Of a stretch of DNA of 64,000 nucleotides, positions 30,581 through 41,459 are shown piece after piece (within the stretch, counting starts at the first letter, position 1; each line of letters opens with the position of its first letter). The notes beneath the pieces were generated by a model. It was not told where the DNA came from and did not search any database. It was given only the letters and a program-made list of their open reading frames with translations. Origin of the DNA: an uncultured Verrucomicrobiae bacterium. Lineage in GTDB: Bacteria; Verrucomicrobiota; Verrucomicrobiia; Limisphaerales; Palsa-1400. The translations under genes and the position numbers were made by a program. The DNA lies in assembly GCA_963702845.1 (NCBI GenBank), contig OY969763.1, forward strand, positions 5,856,001-5,920,000, read 5' to 3'.

Positions 30581-33500
30581 TCAAGATTGTCGCGGTAAGT
30601 GCCTGCGGCGCCACAAGGTATAAATGACGGGATAGAGCAGGAGTTCGAGGACGGCGCTCGTCACAATGCCACCGATCATCGGTGCGGCAATGCGTTTCAT
30701 CACGTCGGCACCGGCTTGATGGGTGGGCGACCACATGATCGGCAACAGGCCGAAGAGGATGGCGCAAACGGTCATGATTTTTGGGCGGATGCGGTGGACG
30801 GCGCCTTCGATGACGGCTTCGCGCAGGTCGCTGGTTGTGTTCATGCGGCCGAGCTTTGGCGAACTTGTCCCACGCGTGGTCGAGATAGAGAAGCATGACG
30901 ACGCCGGTCTCAGCGTCGAGGCCGGCGAGTGCGATGATGCCGACCCACACGGCTGGGCTGAGATTGTAGCCGAGCAGGTAGAGGAACCAGAACGCGCCGA
31001 CGAGCGAGAACGGGACGGCGAGCAGGACGATGGCGGTGCGCGTGACGGATTGGGTGTTGATGAAGATGAGGACGAAAATCAGGAGCAGCGTGAGTGGGAT
31101 GACGAGCTTGAGGCGTTGTTCGGTGCTCTTGAGATATTCGAATTGGCCGGCCCATTGGACGTAGTAGCCGGGTGGGAATTTCACTTGATCACTGATTCGC
31201 TTGGCCGCGGATTGGACGTAGCCGTCGATGTTGTCGGTGGTGACGTCGACAAAGACAAAGCCGACGAGTTGGCCGTTTTCATTGCGGATGGAGGGTGGGC
31301 CGGTTTTGAATTCGATGTCGGCGAGCATGGAGATGGGGATGTGGGTGATTGAGGGATTGGCCTCCTCTCCCCGGGCCTGTCCTCCCTTGGGTGAGGAGAG
31401 GAAAGAGGACATTGGAACTGGCACGAGGACGCGTTTGAGGGCGTCGAGGTTTTCGCGGAAGTCGCGTGCGTAGCGGACTTGAATGGGATAACGCTCGCGG
31501 CCCTCGACAGTCGTGGAAACGGTTTTTCCGCCGATGGCACTTTCGACGATGTTGTTGACGTCGCCAACGGTCAGGCCATAGCGCGCGGCGGCTTCGCGCT
31601 TCACTTTGAAATCGAGGAAGTAACCGCCCATTGGACGTTCGGCGAAAACGCTGCGAGTATCGGGTTGGTCGGCGAGAGCTTTTTCAATTTGCAACGCGAC
31701 TTGTTCGATGCCGGCGAGGTCGGGACCAAACACTTTGATACCGAGTTTGGTGCGGAAACCGGTGGTGAGCATGTCGGTGCGCGTCTGAATGGGCATCCAG
31801 AATTGGTTGGCCATGCCGGGCATTTGCAGCTTGTCATTGAGTTCGGCGATGAGCTTTTCCCAGGTCAATCCTGCGCGCCATTGCTCGTGCGGTTTGAGCG
31901 TGACGACGGTTTCGAACATGGAGAGTGGCGCGGGATCGGTGGGTGTGTCCGCCTGGCCGGCTTTGCCAAAAACGGTGTCCACTTCAGGAACGGTGCGGAG
32001 CAGGCGATCCTGAATTTGCAGGATGCGCGTGGCTTCGCCGATGGACATGCCGGGCACGGCGGTCGGCATGAAGAGAATTGAACCCTCGTTGAGCGGCGGC
32101 ATGAATTCGGAGCCGAGGCGTCGGAACGGAATAATGGTGATCGCAAGAATGACGGCGGCGATGACGAGGACGGTCCAACGGAAGCGCAGGACGAAATGGA
32201 CGATCGGTTGGTAAAGCCAGATGAGCAGGCGGTTGATTGGGTTTTTGATCTCCGGTGTAATTTTGCCGCGCACGAGTAGCACCATCAGCACGGGCACGAG
32301 TGTGACGCCGAGCAATGATGCGAAAAACATGGCGAAGGTTTTTGTGAAAGCGAGCGGACGGAACATTCGGCCCGCTTGCGCTTCGAGCGTGAAGACGGGC
32401 ATGAAGCTGACGGTGATGACGAGGAGCGAGAAGAAAAGGGGACGGCCGACGGTTTGGGCGGCGCTGATCATGACGTTGAGGCGCTCGGCGCTGTCGGGGT
32501 CGCGACCGTGTTCCTCGCGAAAATGTTCGAGGGCTTTATGGGCGTTCTCGACCATTATGATGGCGGCGTCGACCATTGCACCGATGGCGATGGCAATGCC
32601 GCCGAGTGACATGATGTTGGAGGTGAGGCCGAGCCAGAACATTGGCACGAATGAAAGGATGATTGCGATTGGAAGCGTGATGATCGCGACGAGCGCGGAG
32701 CGGACGTGCCAGAGGAAAATCAAGCAGACGAGCGCGACGATGATGCTTTCTTCGATGAGCTTTTCGCGAAGCGTGTCGATGGAGCGGCGGATGAGATCGC
32801 TGCGGTCGTAGGTTGGAACAATTTTTACGCCTTCGGGTAATGACGGTGCGATTTCGGCGAATTTCTTTTTTATGCTGTCGATGACCTTGAGCGCGTTTTC
32901 GCCGTAGCGCATCACGACGATGCCGCCGACGACTTCGCCCTGGCCGTTGAGTTCGGCGACGCCGCGCCGAAGGTCGGAGCCGAGGTGGACGGTGCCAACG
33001 TTTTTGACGAGGACGGGTGTGCCGCCGACGGACTTGAGAACGACGTTTTCGATATCGGCGATATTTTTGATGTAGCCGCGGCCGCGCACGTAGTATTCGG
33101 TTGAACCGATTTCGAAGAGTTTGCCGCCAACATCACCGTTGGAGGCGCGAATTTTGTCCATGACATCGGTGATAGGGATTCCGTAGGCGACGAGTTTATT
33201 GGGATCAAGATCGACCTGGTATTGCTTGATGAAACCGCCGACGGGGGCGACTTCGGAAACGCCCGGCACGGATTCGAGAGCGTAACGAAGATGCCAATCT
33301 TGCAGCGAGCGGAGTTGGGCGAGGTCGTGTTTGCCGGATTGATCGACGATTGCATATTCGTAAACCCAACCGACGCCGGTTGCATCAGGACCAATGACAG
33401 GATTAACACCTTCCGGCAAGCTGCCGCGAACGGAGTTGAGATATTCGATGACGCGGGAGCGCGCCCAGTAAATGTCGGTGCCGTCCTGGAAAATAACGTA

Positions 33501-33782
33501 GACGAACGATTTGCCGAACATCGATTCGCCGCGGACGAATTTCACTTTCGGCGCGGCGATGAAACGCGTGGAAATGGGATAGGTGATTTGGTCTTCGACG
33601 AGGTCGGGCGAGCGACCTTCCCAATCGGTGTAGACGATTACCTGGACATCGCTGAGGTCGGGAATGGCGTCGAGTGGTGTTCGCCATAAACACCAAACGC
33701 CTGCGGCGACAGCGAACGAGGTCAGCAGCAGAACGAAAAATTTGTTCCGCGCGCTCGTCTCGATGATGCGGTTGATTACCAT
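30581..33782 (-). CDS. cusA: CusA/SilA heavy-metal RND permease (frameshift at ~30850)
   Basis: PLDAIPDLSDVQVI, GPDATGVGW, GAMVDAAIIMVEN, GSEFMPPLNEG, MKRIAAPMIGG. Confidence 0.92.
31359..31410. repeat. REP-like CCTCTCC...GGAGAGG hairpin inserted in frame in cusA
   Basis: GGCCTCCTCTCCCCGGGCCTGTCCTCCCTTGGGTGAGGAGAGG; encodes the extra loop SSFLSSPKGGQARGEEANP. Confidence 0.6.
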
Positions 33783-35055
33783 TGTTGAAGTGCTCCTTGC
33801 ACTTTGGCTTCGGCATCGATGAGGAAGTTGGCGCTGGCGACGATTTGCTCGCCTTCGCGCAGGCCGGATTTGACGGCGTAGAAGTTTCCGAAGGTGCGCC
33901 CGACTTCGATGAAGCGCGGCTCGAGTTTGCCTTGGCCTTTGTTGACGAAAACGAGGTTGCGCGTGCCGGTGGGCAGGACGGCGCTGGCGGGGATTGCGAG
34001 GCGGTTCCTTGGTCCGATTGCAATGTCGTGTCGACATACATTTCGGGGCGCAGTTTGAATTCGGATTATTGACGGAGATGCGAGCGCGAGCAGTGCGTTT
34101 GGCGTCGTTCAGAAAGGGGTCGATTAGATCGATTTTTCCTTTGAAGGTCGTGCCCGGAAATGCGAGGTGGTGATGGAAACGCTTCTCGCCTTTTTTCAGA
34201 AGCGGCAATTCGTCTTGATAAAATTCGGCCCAGACCCAGACGACGGACAAATCCACGACGTCGACCAGATGATCGCCAATATTCACGTGCCGACCTTGAT
34301 CGACAGGAAGGTCTTGAACAACTCCTTTGAAAGGGCGAGTAGAGCGTGAGTGTGTTTTGTGGCTGACGAGATTTTTCCAGTTCATTCAATTGTATGATCG
34401 CTGATATTCCAGAGAGTCAATCGTTGGCGCGCGGATTGAAGCATGCGTTCGGCGGATTGCGCGAGGTTGGTTGAGCCGGATTGGCGCGCGTGTCACGTGA
34501 ACGCAGCGCGTTGACGTATTCGCCTTGCGCGACGAGCAGGTCGGGGCTGTAGATCGTGAGCAGCGGTTGGTCTTTTTCGACAACGTCGCCGCGCGATGAG
34601 ACGTGAAGTTTTTGGACGTAGCCGTCGACACGGCTGACGTAGTCCCAGTGACGTTGTTTGTCGTAGGCGACGATGCCTGGCGTGCGGATTTGCATTCGAG
34701 CGGGCGCGTTTCCACGTTGGTGTAGGTGACGCCGATGAGTTGTTGGCGTTCGACGGGAACGGAGAATTCGGAGGGAGCATGTTCTTGCGCAGTGGTGGTG
34801 GATTGAGGCTCGGCGGTGTGTTGATGACTTTCTTGCGATTGCGGCGAGCTCGGAGGAATTTGTCGCGGTCGATTTTTTCACGGGCACCAAGGACATTCCG
34901 CAGATTGGGCATTTGGCGTTCGGGTCCTTGGAGCGGACGGATGGATGCATTGTGCAGGTGTAATAGGCGACGTCGGCCGGCATGGCGGTTTCCTCCTTCG
35001 TGCAGGAGGTGAAGGCAAGTGCGAATATTGTTATTAATAGGGAGATGGTTTTCAT
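33776..35055 (-). CDS. cusB: CusB-type periplasmic adaptor with N-terminal heavy-metal-binding domain (many frameshifts)
   Basis: YTCTMHP...CPICGMSL, LLTIYSPDL, VWVWAEFY, SANFLIDAEA. Confidence 0.85.
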
Positions 35056-36407
35056 TTTTGCTCCTTTTGCTTCTCGAAGTTTGCCGACTTAGAAGTCGGC
35101 GATACGGCAGGTTTGGAAACCTGCGATACGGGGGCGCCGATGATTGATTCGAGTTCGACGAGGGCGATTTGATAATCGGTCTGGTGCTGGATCAACATGG
35201 CTTCGCTTTCCTGCGTTGTTTTGGCGGGAAAGCATGACGTCCATGAAGCTGGTCTTGCCGGTTTCATACGAGAGTTGCGTGGCTTCGATGGTCTGGCGTG
35301 ATAACGGCAGGACTTTCGCGTGGAAACAATTCGTAATGATGATGGAACGTGTGAAGTTTGTTGAGTTGCTGGCGGATTATTCCGACAGACTCAGCTTTCG
35401 CAGCCGCAAGTTCCTGCTCGGCGGATTCGAGCATTGCGCATTGTTCGCTGATACCGGCAGAGATTTTCTTGTGATTGAACCACGGCAGTTCAACAGCAAA
35501 GCCGACCATGAATTCGCTGACGGGTTCCGACGAACCGTTGTATCTGCTGATTTCAGCGCGAACGCTTGGATCGGGATACCATGCGCGTTGCGCAAGACGG
35601 AGATTTGTTTTGGCAGCGGCGACTTTATTTTGTGCGGCGAGGATCTCTGGACGGTGCGCCAACGCAATCTCGGTGAGTTGGTCGAATTCGGTGTCGACGA
35701 CTTGCATCGCGGGAACCAGGGGCCTGGCGAGGGGTGAAGCGGGCGGGCGGTTCATCAAGGTGTTCAGGAGCGATTCCTCGTCAGCGATTTGACGTTGGAA
35801 GTCGAATGCGGACTCTTCGAGCTTCGCCAATGCGGTTTCGGCGTTGAGGAGGTTGGCCTGAGTTTCGGTGCCGGCTTCGTATTTGAAACGAGCGCTGTCG
35901 GCGATTTGTTTGAGGAAACCGGCGCTCTCGCGGTTCAGGTTTAGAAATTGATATGCATTGGCGAGGCGCAGGTAGGAAGCGCGCGCCTGGGCGATCAGGT
36001 CGAGTTCCCGGCGGCGCAAGGCTGCGGCAGTGACCGAGACTTCGGCTTTGGCGGCGTGGCCACGAAGACGATTTTTGCCGGTGACGGGAATGGGTTGCTC
36101 GACGTCGATCCGCTGGTCGGTGAAGGCGTTGTCGGGAACGGAAACAAAACGTCCGGCTCTCGTGTCGAACGACGCGCGTGGGTTGTCCCACGAGCGCGCT
36201 TGCGTGACGCGGGCTTCGGCGGCGTCGACATTCGCGCGCGCGGCGGCGAGCGAGGGATTGTTTTGCAGAATCTCGCCGATCACCCAGTCGACGCGTGAAT
36301 GTATTCGTCGTTGGCGGCGGGGAATGTTGATGCGTTTGCGCAATGCTAGCGTTGGCCAGCGCTGTCAACGCCAGGACCGCAAAATAATTTGTAGTTTCAT
36401 GATTCAT
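35052..36407 (-). CDS. TolC/CusC-family outer-membrane efflux protein (frameshifted)
   Basis: NNPSLAAA, EQPIP..GK, ALAHRPE, VELPWFN; signal peptide in a different frame. Confidence 0.85.
35082..35130. repeat. Double-hairpin REP-like element inside the 3' end of the TolC gene
   Basis: GCCGACT-TAGA-AGTCGGC and GCAGGTTT-GG-AAACCTGC; translated as VSQVSKPAVSPTSKSA. Confidence 0.7.
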
Positions 36408-36500
36408 CTTTTCAACACACGGACTGGAATAACTCGCGGGCATGATTGTCCGCGCTCTGTGCTCGCAAGAGGCGGGCACACTACGGGTGTGAAGAGTGAA

Positions 36501-36839
36501 TCAGATGAGAAAACTGCAATGCCGTTGGTAGAGAGGAACGGCGGTAGAAATATGAGCGAAGGTGCGGGCGGAAATTTGCGGGTGATCAGGAGTGCTGATT
36601 AAGGCAACGAGATGGTGCGCAATGGATGCGGCCAGTTGCCAATCGTTTTGCGAAATCGTGCGGCTGGGCAGTAGCGGAAGCGGTGCGGATTCAGAATTAT
36701 TCGATGACGTGCAGCAGCAATGATTGCCGCAGCAGGCCTTTCCTTGTTTTGGTGCGGGCGCGGGCGTCGCGAAAGAAAATTGCCCTGCCAACAGCGCGAG
36801 GCTGAAGAGCAGGGCAATAAATGTTTTCGCGATTTTCAG
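36501..36839 (-). CDS. Cys-rich small protein upstream of the metal efflux operon (DUF2946-like architecture)
   Basis: Hydrophobic N-terminus from CTG 36839; ACCGNHCCC; ends PLYQRHCSFLI*. Confidence 0.7.
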   Translation of the reverse strand: MKIAKTFIALLFSLALLAGQFSFATPAPAPKQGKACCGNHCCCTSSNNSESAPLPLLPSRTISQNDWQLAASIAHHLVALISTPDHPQISARTFAHISTAVPLYQRHCSFLI

Positions 36840-36842
36840 GCG

Positions 36843-37118
36843 TTATTTCTTTTCGGCTGCGGCGATTTTCTTCATGTATTTCTCCGGATCTTTCATGAAG
36901 TCTTTTTTGCAATCTTTGCAGCACATTTTTACTTCCTGACCTTTGTAGACCCAAACGTAAGGTTTCATGTCACCGCCGCCGATGTCTTCATCGGACACGA
37001 CGCACTTCTTCAAAGGATAAGGCTTGGCCTTTTTGTCGGTCTTGGAATCTTCAGCATGAACGGTCATGCCGGCGACGCTCAACACAACCGCCGCAATCAA
37101 GGGGTAGGTGAATTTCAT
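36843..37118 (-). CDS. Small secreted YHS/TRASH-like metal-binding protein
   Basis: Signal peptide; KCVVS...YKGQEVKMCCKDCKKDFMKDPEKY. Confidence 0.8.
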   Translation of the reverse strand: MKFTYPLIAAVVLSVAGMTVHAEDSKTDKKAKPYPLKKCVVSDEDIGGGDMKPYVWVYKGQEVKMCCKDCKKDFMKDPEKYMKKIAAAEKK

Positions 37119-37196
37119 ATGTAACTTGACTAATACACTAGACGAGCCGAGTTGTAAAACCACTCAATAATTGTCGATAGCGTGCCATTAATTGCT

Positions 37197-37853
37197 TCAT
37201 GGTCTTGACCCAACGTCCAGGGCGGTGGCGCGTCCGCGCGGCAGCCTGTCGAGGTGATAAATGATAAATCCATGCAAAAACCCCTGAAGCTCTTTGCTTT
37301 GCGGTGGGCTTAATTTAACGCGGAAAATCGAAGGCCAATCCGCTTGCGCGAAATTCTTCAACAACTGCTTTGCGCCAACGGTGAGACTTGCATCGTCGAG
37401 ATCAGGTGCCAGCCCGAGTTCGGTCAGGAATTTGATTTCGAATGCGAAAATTGTTTGGGGCTGGGCCGGATGTTTTACGAGTTCTTTGATGAGGCCGCAA
37501 AAATCTTCGCAAACTTTTTTGAGCGGTGTTTCTGTTTCGGTCGCTTGTTCGATAAGGGTCGCGCAGTACGAAGCTTGTTGGACGTAAGCGAGATCGCGGC
37601 GCAAGTCGGCGTGGGTTTCAATGGCTTTGGCCTCGCGCAAAGTGTGCAGGTCGGAACGCTTGCTGCGGACGAAGCTGAAGTCGCACAAATAGAATAGATC
37701 CATTTGGCCACGAAATGATGACTTGGGGCCGCGTGCGCCTTTCGCCACGGTGGCGACGCGACCGAGGTCGGGCGTGAGCCAGTTCACGATAAGACTGGTA
37801 TCAGTCAGCGGTCTGGTGCGGAGCACGATGCCGCGTGCGCGCTCGATACTCAT
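37197..37853 (-). CDS. recO: DNA repair protein RecO
   Basis: GIVLRTRPL, GRVATVAKGAR; located in the phoH-ybeY operon. Confidence 0.92.
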   Translation of the reverse strand: MSIERARGIVLRTRPLTDTSLIVNWLTPDLGRVATVAKGARGPKSSFRGQMDLFYLCDFSFVRSKRSDLHTLREAKAIETHADLRRDLAYVQQASYCATLIEQATETETPLKKVCEDFCGLIKELVKHPAQPQTIFAFEIKFLTELGLAPDLDDASLTVGAKQLLKNFAQADWPSIFRVKLSPPQSKELQGFLHGFIIYHLDRLPRGRATALDVGSRP

Positions 37854-38522
37854 TTAATCTTTCGAAGTCGGCTTCAAAGCGGCAAGCCCGGGTACGTCAG
37901 GCGAAATGGCGCCTAGGCTGATGATGAACTTGATTCCTTCGGCGACAGAGATGTCGAGTTTGGTGATTTCGGTTTCGCGCACCATGATGAGAAAACCGGA
38001 AGTTGGGTTCGGTGTCGTTGGGATGAACACGCTGATCCACTTTTGATTGTCCAAGCCTTTTTGTTCGCCGGTCACGAATCCGAGGCTGCGCGATTCCTTG
38101 TGGGGAAACGATACGAGCACCACTTGTTTGAACGACGATTTATTACTGGAGATCGATTCGTTAACTTGTTTGATCGTGCCGTAAATTTTGTTGAGCAGGG
38201 GAATGCGCAAGAGGGCGTTGTCGGTCCATTGGATCGCTTTTCGGGCAAAATAATTTCGGCCGAAACGTCCGATGAGCAAGATCAACAAGATAGCGAGCAC
38301 GAAGGCGCAGAGGCTCCAATACCAGTACATCTCGCCCTGGCCGCGATTCTCGTGGGTGATGTGGCGCGGGACAAAGAACAGCAGGTAATCGGTCAGGTTG
38401 GCGACGTTGCGGAACAGCCAGACAACGACGGCAATGGAAATGACGGCCGGCATGACGATGGCGAGGCCGGTAAAGAAGTTCGCGCGGAATTGCGCGAGGA
38501 CGTCATTTTCTTTTTTTGCCAT
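37854..38522 (-). CDS. DUF502 membrane protein
   Basis: RIPLLNKIY, GFVT, VFIPTTPNPTSGF. Confidence 0.9.
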   Translation of the reverse strand: MAKKENDVLAQFRANFFTGLAIVMPAVISIAVVVWLFRNVANLTDYLLFFVPRHITHENRGQGEMYWYWSLCAFVLAILLILLIGRFGRNYFARKAIQWTDNALLRIPLLNKIYGTIKQVNESISSNKSSFKQVVLVSFPHKESRSLGFVTGEQKGLDNQKWISVFIPTTPNPTSGFLIMVRETEITKLDISVAEGIKFIISLGAISPDVPGLAALKPTSKD

Positions 38523-38982
38523 CGGGCTGGAGTGTGCCTAAATCGAACTCGCGGGACAACGAGTTTACGTAACGGTTTTCCTCGCGTTTCATGGTGCGAC
38601 GAAGGTCGGGCTTCAAGTCGTCGTAGCCGAGCAAATGTAGGATGCCGTGAACAACGTAGCGGACGACTTCCGATTGCCAGGTTGTCTTAAATTCCTTTGC
38701 CTGTTTGATGGCGTCATCAACGCAGATGAAAATTTCGCCGAGAACAGGGCCGCTTTTTTTTCCTTCGCGATAATTGAACGTGATGACGTCGGTTGAGCCT
38801 TCGTGTTGCAAGTATTGCTCGTTGAGCCGCGCCATCTCGGGCGCGGCGACGAGGTGAATGCCTAATTCGAATCCGTCAGCGGGCACGACTTGTTCGAGAA
38901 AGCGCAGGGTGATGCGCTTGAGCAGCGGCAGCGAAATCGCACGGGTCTTCTGGCGATTGAAGAATCGCAGTTCGTTCATCAC
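38503..38982 (-). CDS. ybeY: rRNA maturation endoribonuclease YbeY
   Basis: TDVITF, LGEIFI, HGILHLLGYDD. Confidence 0.93.
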   Translation of the reverse strand: MMNELRFFNRQKTRAISLPLLKRITLRFLEQVVPADGFELGIHLVAAPEMARLNEQYLQHEGSTDVITFNYREGKKSGPVLGEIFICVDDAIKQAKEFKTTWQSEVVRYVVHGILHLLGYDDLKPDLRRTMKREENRYVNSLSREFDLGTLQPDGKKRK

Positions 38983-39935
38983 GGTTTTCCGCGGTGTTCT
39001 TCGTAAGCAACTATGATGCGTTGCACCAAAGGATGGCGCACAACGTCGCGTCGGGTGAATTCCATAATGGCGATGCCTTCGATGTCTCTCAATGCCCGAT
39101 GCGCTTCCACCAAACCTGAATGTTTATGTCCGGGCAGGTCGATTTGCGTTTCGTCGCCGGTGATGACGGCTTTCGAATTGATGCCGAGCCGGGTCAGGAA
39201 CATGAACATTTGTTCCGTGGTGGAGTTCTGGGCTTCGTCCAAAATAATGAAAGCGTTGTTGAGTGTGCGTCCGCGCATGTATGCAAGCGGTGCGATTTCG
39301 ATGACGCCGCGTTCAATGCTCTTCTGCACTTCTTCAGCGGGCAACATGTCGTGCAGCGCGTCATAAAGCGGGCGCAGATACGGCATGATTTTTTCGTAGA
39401 GATCGCCGGGCAAGAAACCGAGCGCTTCACCGGCTTCAACGGCGGGGCGTGTTAAAATAATGCGGCCGATTTTTTGTTCGTTCAATGCAGCGACGGCCAT
39501 CGCCATCGCCAAATAGGTTTTACCGGTGCCGGCAGGGCCGACGCCGAACGTGATGTCGTGTTTGCGAATGGCGTCGATGTAATTCTTTTGACCGATCGTT
39601 TTAGGAACGACGGCTGTTTTGCGAACGGAAGTCTGGATGCGATCGGAATAAATCGAACGCAACATCTCGGCACCTTCATTTTTGATAACGTTCAGTGCCT
39701 GGGAAAACTCTCGGTTGCGCACGGGCGTGCCGGCTTTGACGGAGCCTTCGAGCGCCATAAACATTTGCTTGGCGCGTTCGATGGCCTCGGCAGCACCGTC
39801 GAGCTTGATCCAGTTTTCGCGTGAGACGGCTTTGACGGCCAGTTCCTCTTCGAGCGCCTGCAGATTTTTCGGGTCGTTGTTGTATAGCTGTTGGGCGAGG
39901 CGGGCATTCTCGAAGTGCAATGTTTCAGTGGCCAT
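38979..39935 (-). CDS. phoH: PhoH-like ATPase
   Basis: GPAGTGKT, RPAVEAGE, APLAYMRGRTL, DEAQN; start taken at MATETL. Confidence 0.93.
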   Translation of the reverse strand: MATETLHFENARLAQQLYNNDPKNLQALEEELAVKAVSRENWIKLDGAAEAIERAKQMFMALEGSVKAGTPVRNREFSQALNVIKNEGAEMLRSIYSDRIQTSVRKTAVVPKTIGQKNYIDAIRKHDITFGVGPAGTGKTYLAMAMAVAALNEQKIGRIILTRPAVEAGEALGFLPGDLYEKIMPYLRPLYDALHDMLPAEEVQKSIERGVIEIAPLAYMRGRTLNNAFIILDEAQNSTTEQMFMFLTRLGINSKAVITGDETQIDLPGHKHSGLVEAHRALRDIEGIAIMEFTRRDVVRHPLVQRIIVAYEEHRGKP

Positions 39936-40103
39936 GGTTAAAAGTAGATTTGAACGGGGCCAGTTCGCAAGAGCATGACCCCTGATCAACATTGCCGGTT
40001 AACGTGAGCCGGGTCAACTTCTGGACGGACATGCTGCACATCAAGATGGCTCGCAAATTTTTTTGACTGACTGCCTCACTGCGTTAAGCTGCCCATTCAG
40101 TTT

Positions 40104-41360
40104 ATGGCTAAACTTACTGTTAACGATTTGGATGTCGCTGGGAAACGCGTGTTTATGCGCGTGGATTATAATGTGCCGATGGAGGAGAAGGACGGCAAAA
40201 TGGTCATCAACGACACTACCCGCATTAAAGAAACGCTCCCGACACTGAAGCTGTTGCTTGGCAAAGGTGCGAAATTGATTTTGGCGGCGCACCTCGGTCG
40301 TCCGAAAGGCAAACGTGAGCCGTCGATGTCGCTTCAGCCAGTTGCGGTGAAGCTTTCCGAAATGATCGGTAAACCAGTGCAGTTTGTGGATGATTGCGTA
40401 GGACCGAAAGCGGAACAGGCGGCGAACAATCTGAAGAACGGCGAGATTTTATTGCTGGAGAACGTTCGTTATTACAACGAAGAAGAGGCCAATGATCCGG
40501 CGTTTGCGGAGAAGTTGGCGAAGTTGGCGGATGTTTATGTGAATGACGCGTTCGGCGCGGCGCATCGTGCGCATGCTTCGACCGAAGGTATCGCGCGGTT
40601 CATCGCCAAGCGCGGGGGCAAGTGCGCGGCGGGTTTGTTGATGGAACGTGAGTTGAAGTTTTTAGGTGACGAGTTGGAAAAACCGGCGCGGCCGTTTGTG
40701 GTGATTCTCGGTGGCGCGAAGGTTTCCGATAAGATTAAGGTCATTGATCGTTTGCTCGAAAAGGCGGATACGATTTTGATCGGCGGTGCAATGGCTTATA
40801 CGTTCGCGCTCGCGCAAGGTCGCAAGGTCGGCAAGTCGCTAGTTGAAGCCGACAAGACCGATGTTGCACTCGCAGCGCTCGACAAGGCGAACAAGCGCAA
40901 TGTGCAGTTCGTGTTGCCGACGGATACCGTGCTTGCCACGCCGGTCGATAGCGGCAAACTCAACAAGAAGGGCAGGCCGGTCATGGAGTTCCAGAACCCG
41001 CATGTATTCGACGGAAAAGATTTTCCAGATGCGGAAGAGGGTTTTGATATCGGACCGGTGACGGCCAAGCACTACGCAGAAATCGTGCGCGGCGCGAAAA
41101 CAATTTTGTGGAATGGGCCGATGGGTATGTTCGAGGACAAACGTTTCGCCGAAGGCACGACTGCCGTGGCGCAAGCGGTCGTCGAAGCAACCCAGAAGAA
41201 CGGGGCGAAGAGTATCATCGGTGGCGGCGATAGCGTGAAAGCGTTGAACAAAGCCGGCATGGGCGACAAAGTGACGTTCATGAGCACGGGCGGTGGGGCG
41301 AGTTTGGAATTTTTGGAAGGCGTCGAATTGCCGGGTGTCGCGGCGCTGAGCAATCAATAA
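40104..41360 (+). CDS. pgk: Phosphoglycerate kinase
   Basis: RVDYNVP, HLGRP, NDAFGAAHRAHAS, STGGGASLE. Confidence 0.97.
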   Translation: MAKLTVNDLDVAGKRVFMRVDYNVPMEEKDGKMVINDTTRIKETLPTLKLLLGKGAKLILAAHLGRPKGKREPSMSLQPVAVKLSEMIGKPVQFVDDCVGPKAEQAANNLKNGEILLLENVRYYNEEEANDPAFAEKLAKLADVYVNDAFGAAHRAHASTEGIARFIAKRGGKCAAGLLMERELKFLGDELEKPARPFVVILGGAKVSDKIKVIDRLLEKADTILIGGAMAYTFALAQGRKVGKSLVEADKTDVALAALDKANKRNVQFVLPTDTVLATPVDSGKLNKKGRPVMEFQNPHVFDGKDFPDAEEGFDIGPVTAKHYAEIVRGAKTILWNGPMGMFEDKRFAEGTTAVAQAVVEATQKNGAKSIIGGGDSVKALNKAGMGDKVTFMSTGGGASLEFLEGVELPGVAALSNQ

Positions 41361-41361
41361 C

Positions 41362-41442
41362 AACAGAGCCGCGCGCGTGAGCAAGCGATTGCTATCGTGC
41401 GTGCAAAGTCTTAAACCGCTTGCTCACGCGCGCGGCTCGGTT
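41362..41442. repeat. REPIN-like inverted repeat, copy 2 (pgk-tpiA spacer)
   Basis: AACAGAGCCGCGCGCGTGAGCAAGCGATT ... AACCGCTTGCTCACGCGCGCGGCTCGGTT. Confidence 0.9.
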
Positions 41443-41459
41443 AAACAAATAATTTACGA

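Noticed and set aside
29928..34385. 1485-aa ORF appearing to fuse CusB, CusA and HtpX
   Set aside because: Chance in-frame joining through frameshifts; each gene has its own start and stop in other frames.
26460..36407. Pseudogene cluster or programmed frameshifting
   Set aside because: Includes housekeeping trxB with intact motifs; indels are numerous, with no common slippery site, and better explained as sequencing error.
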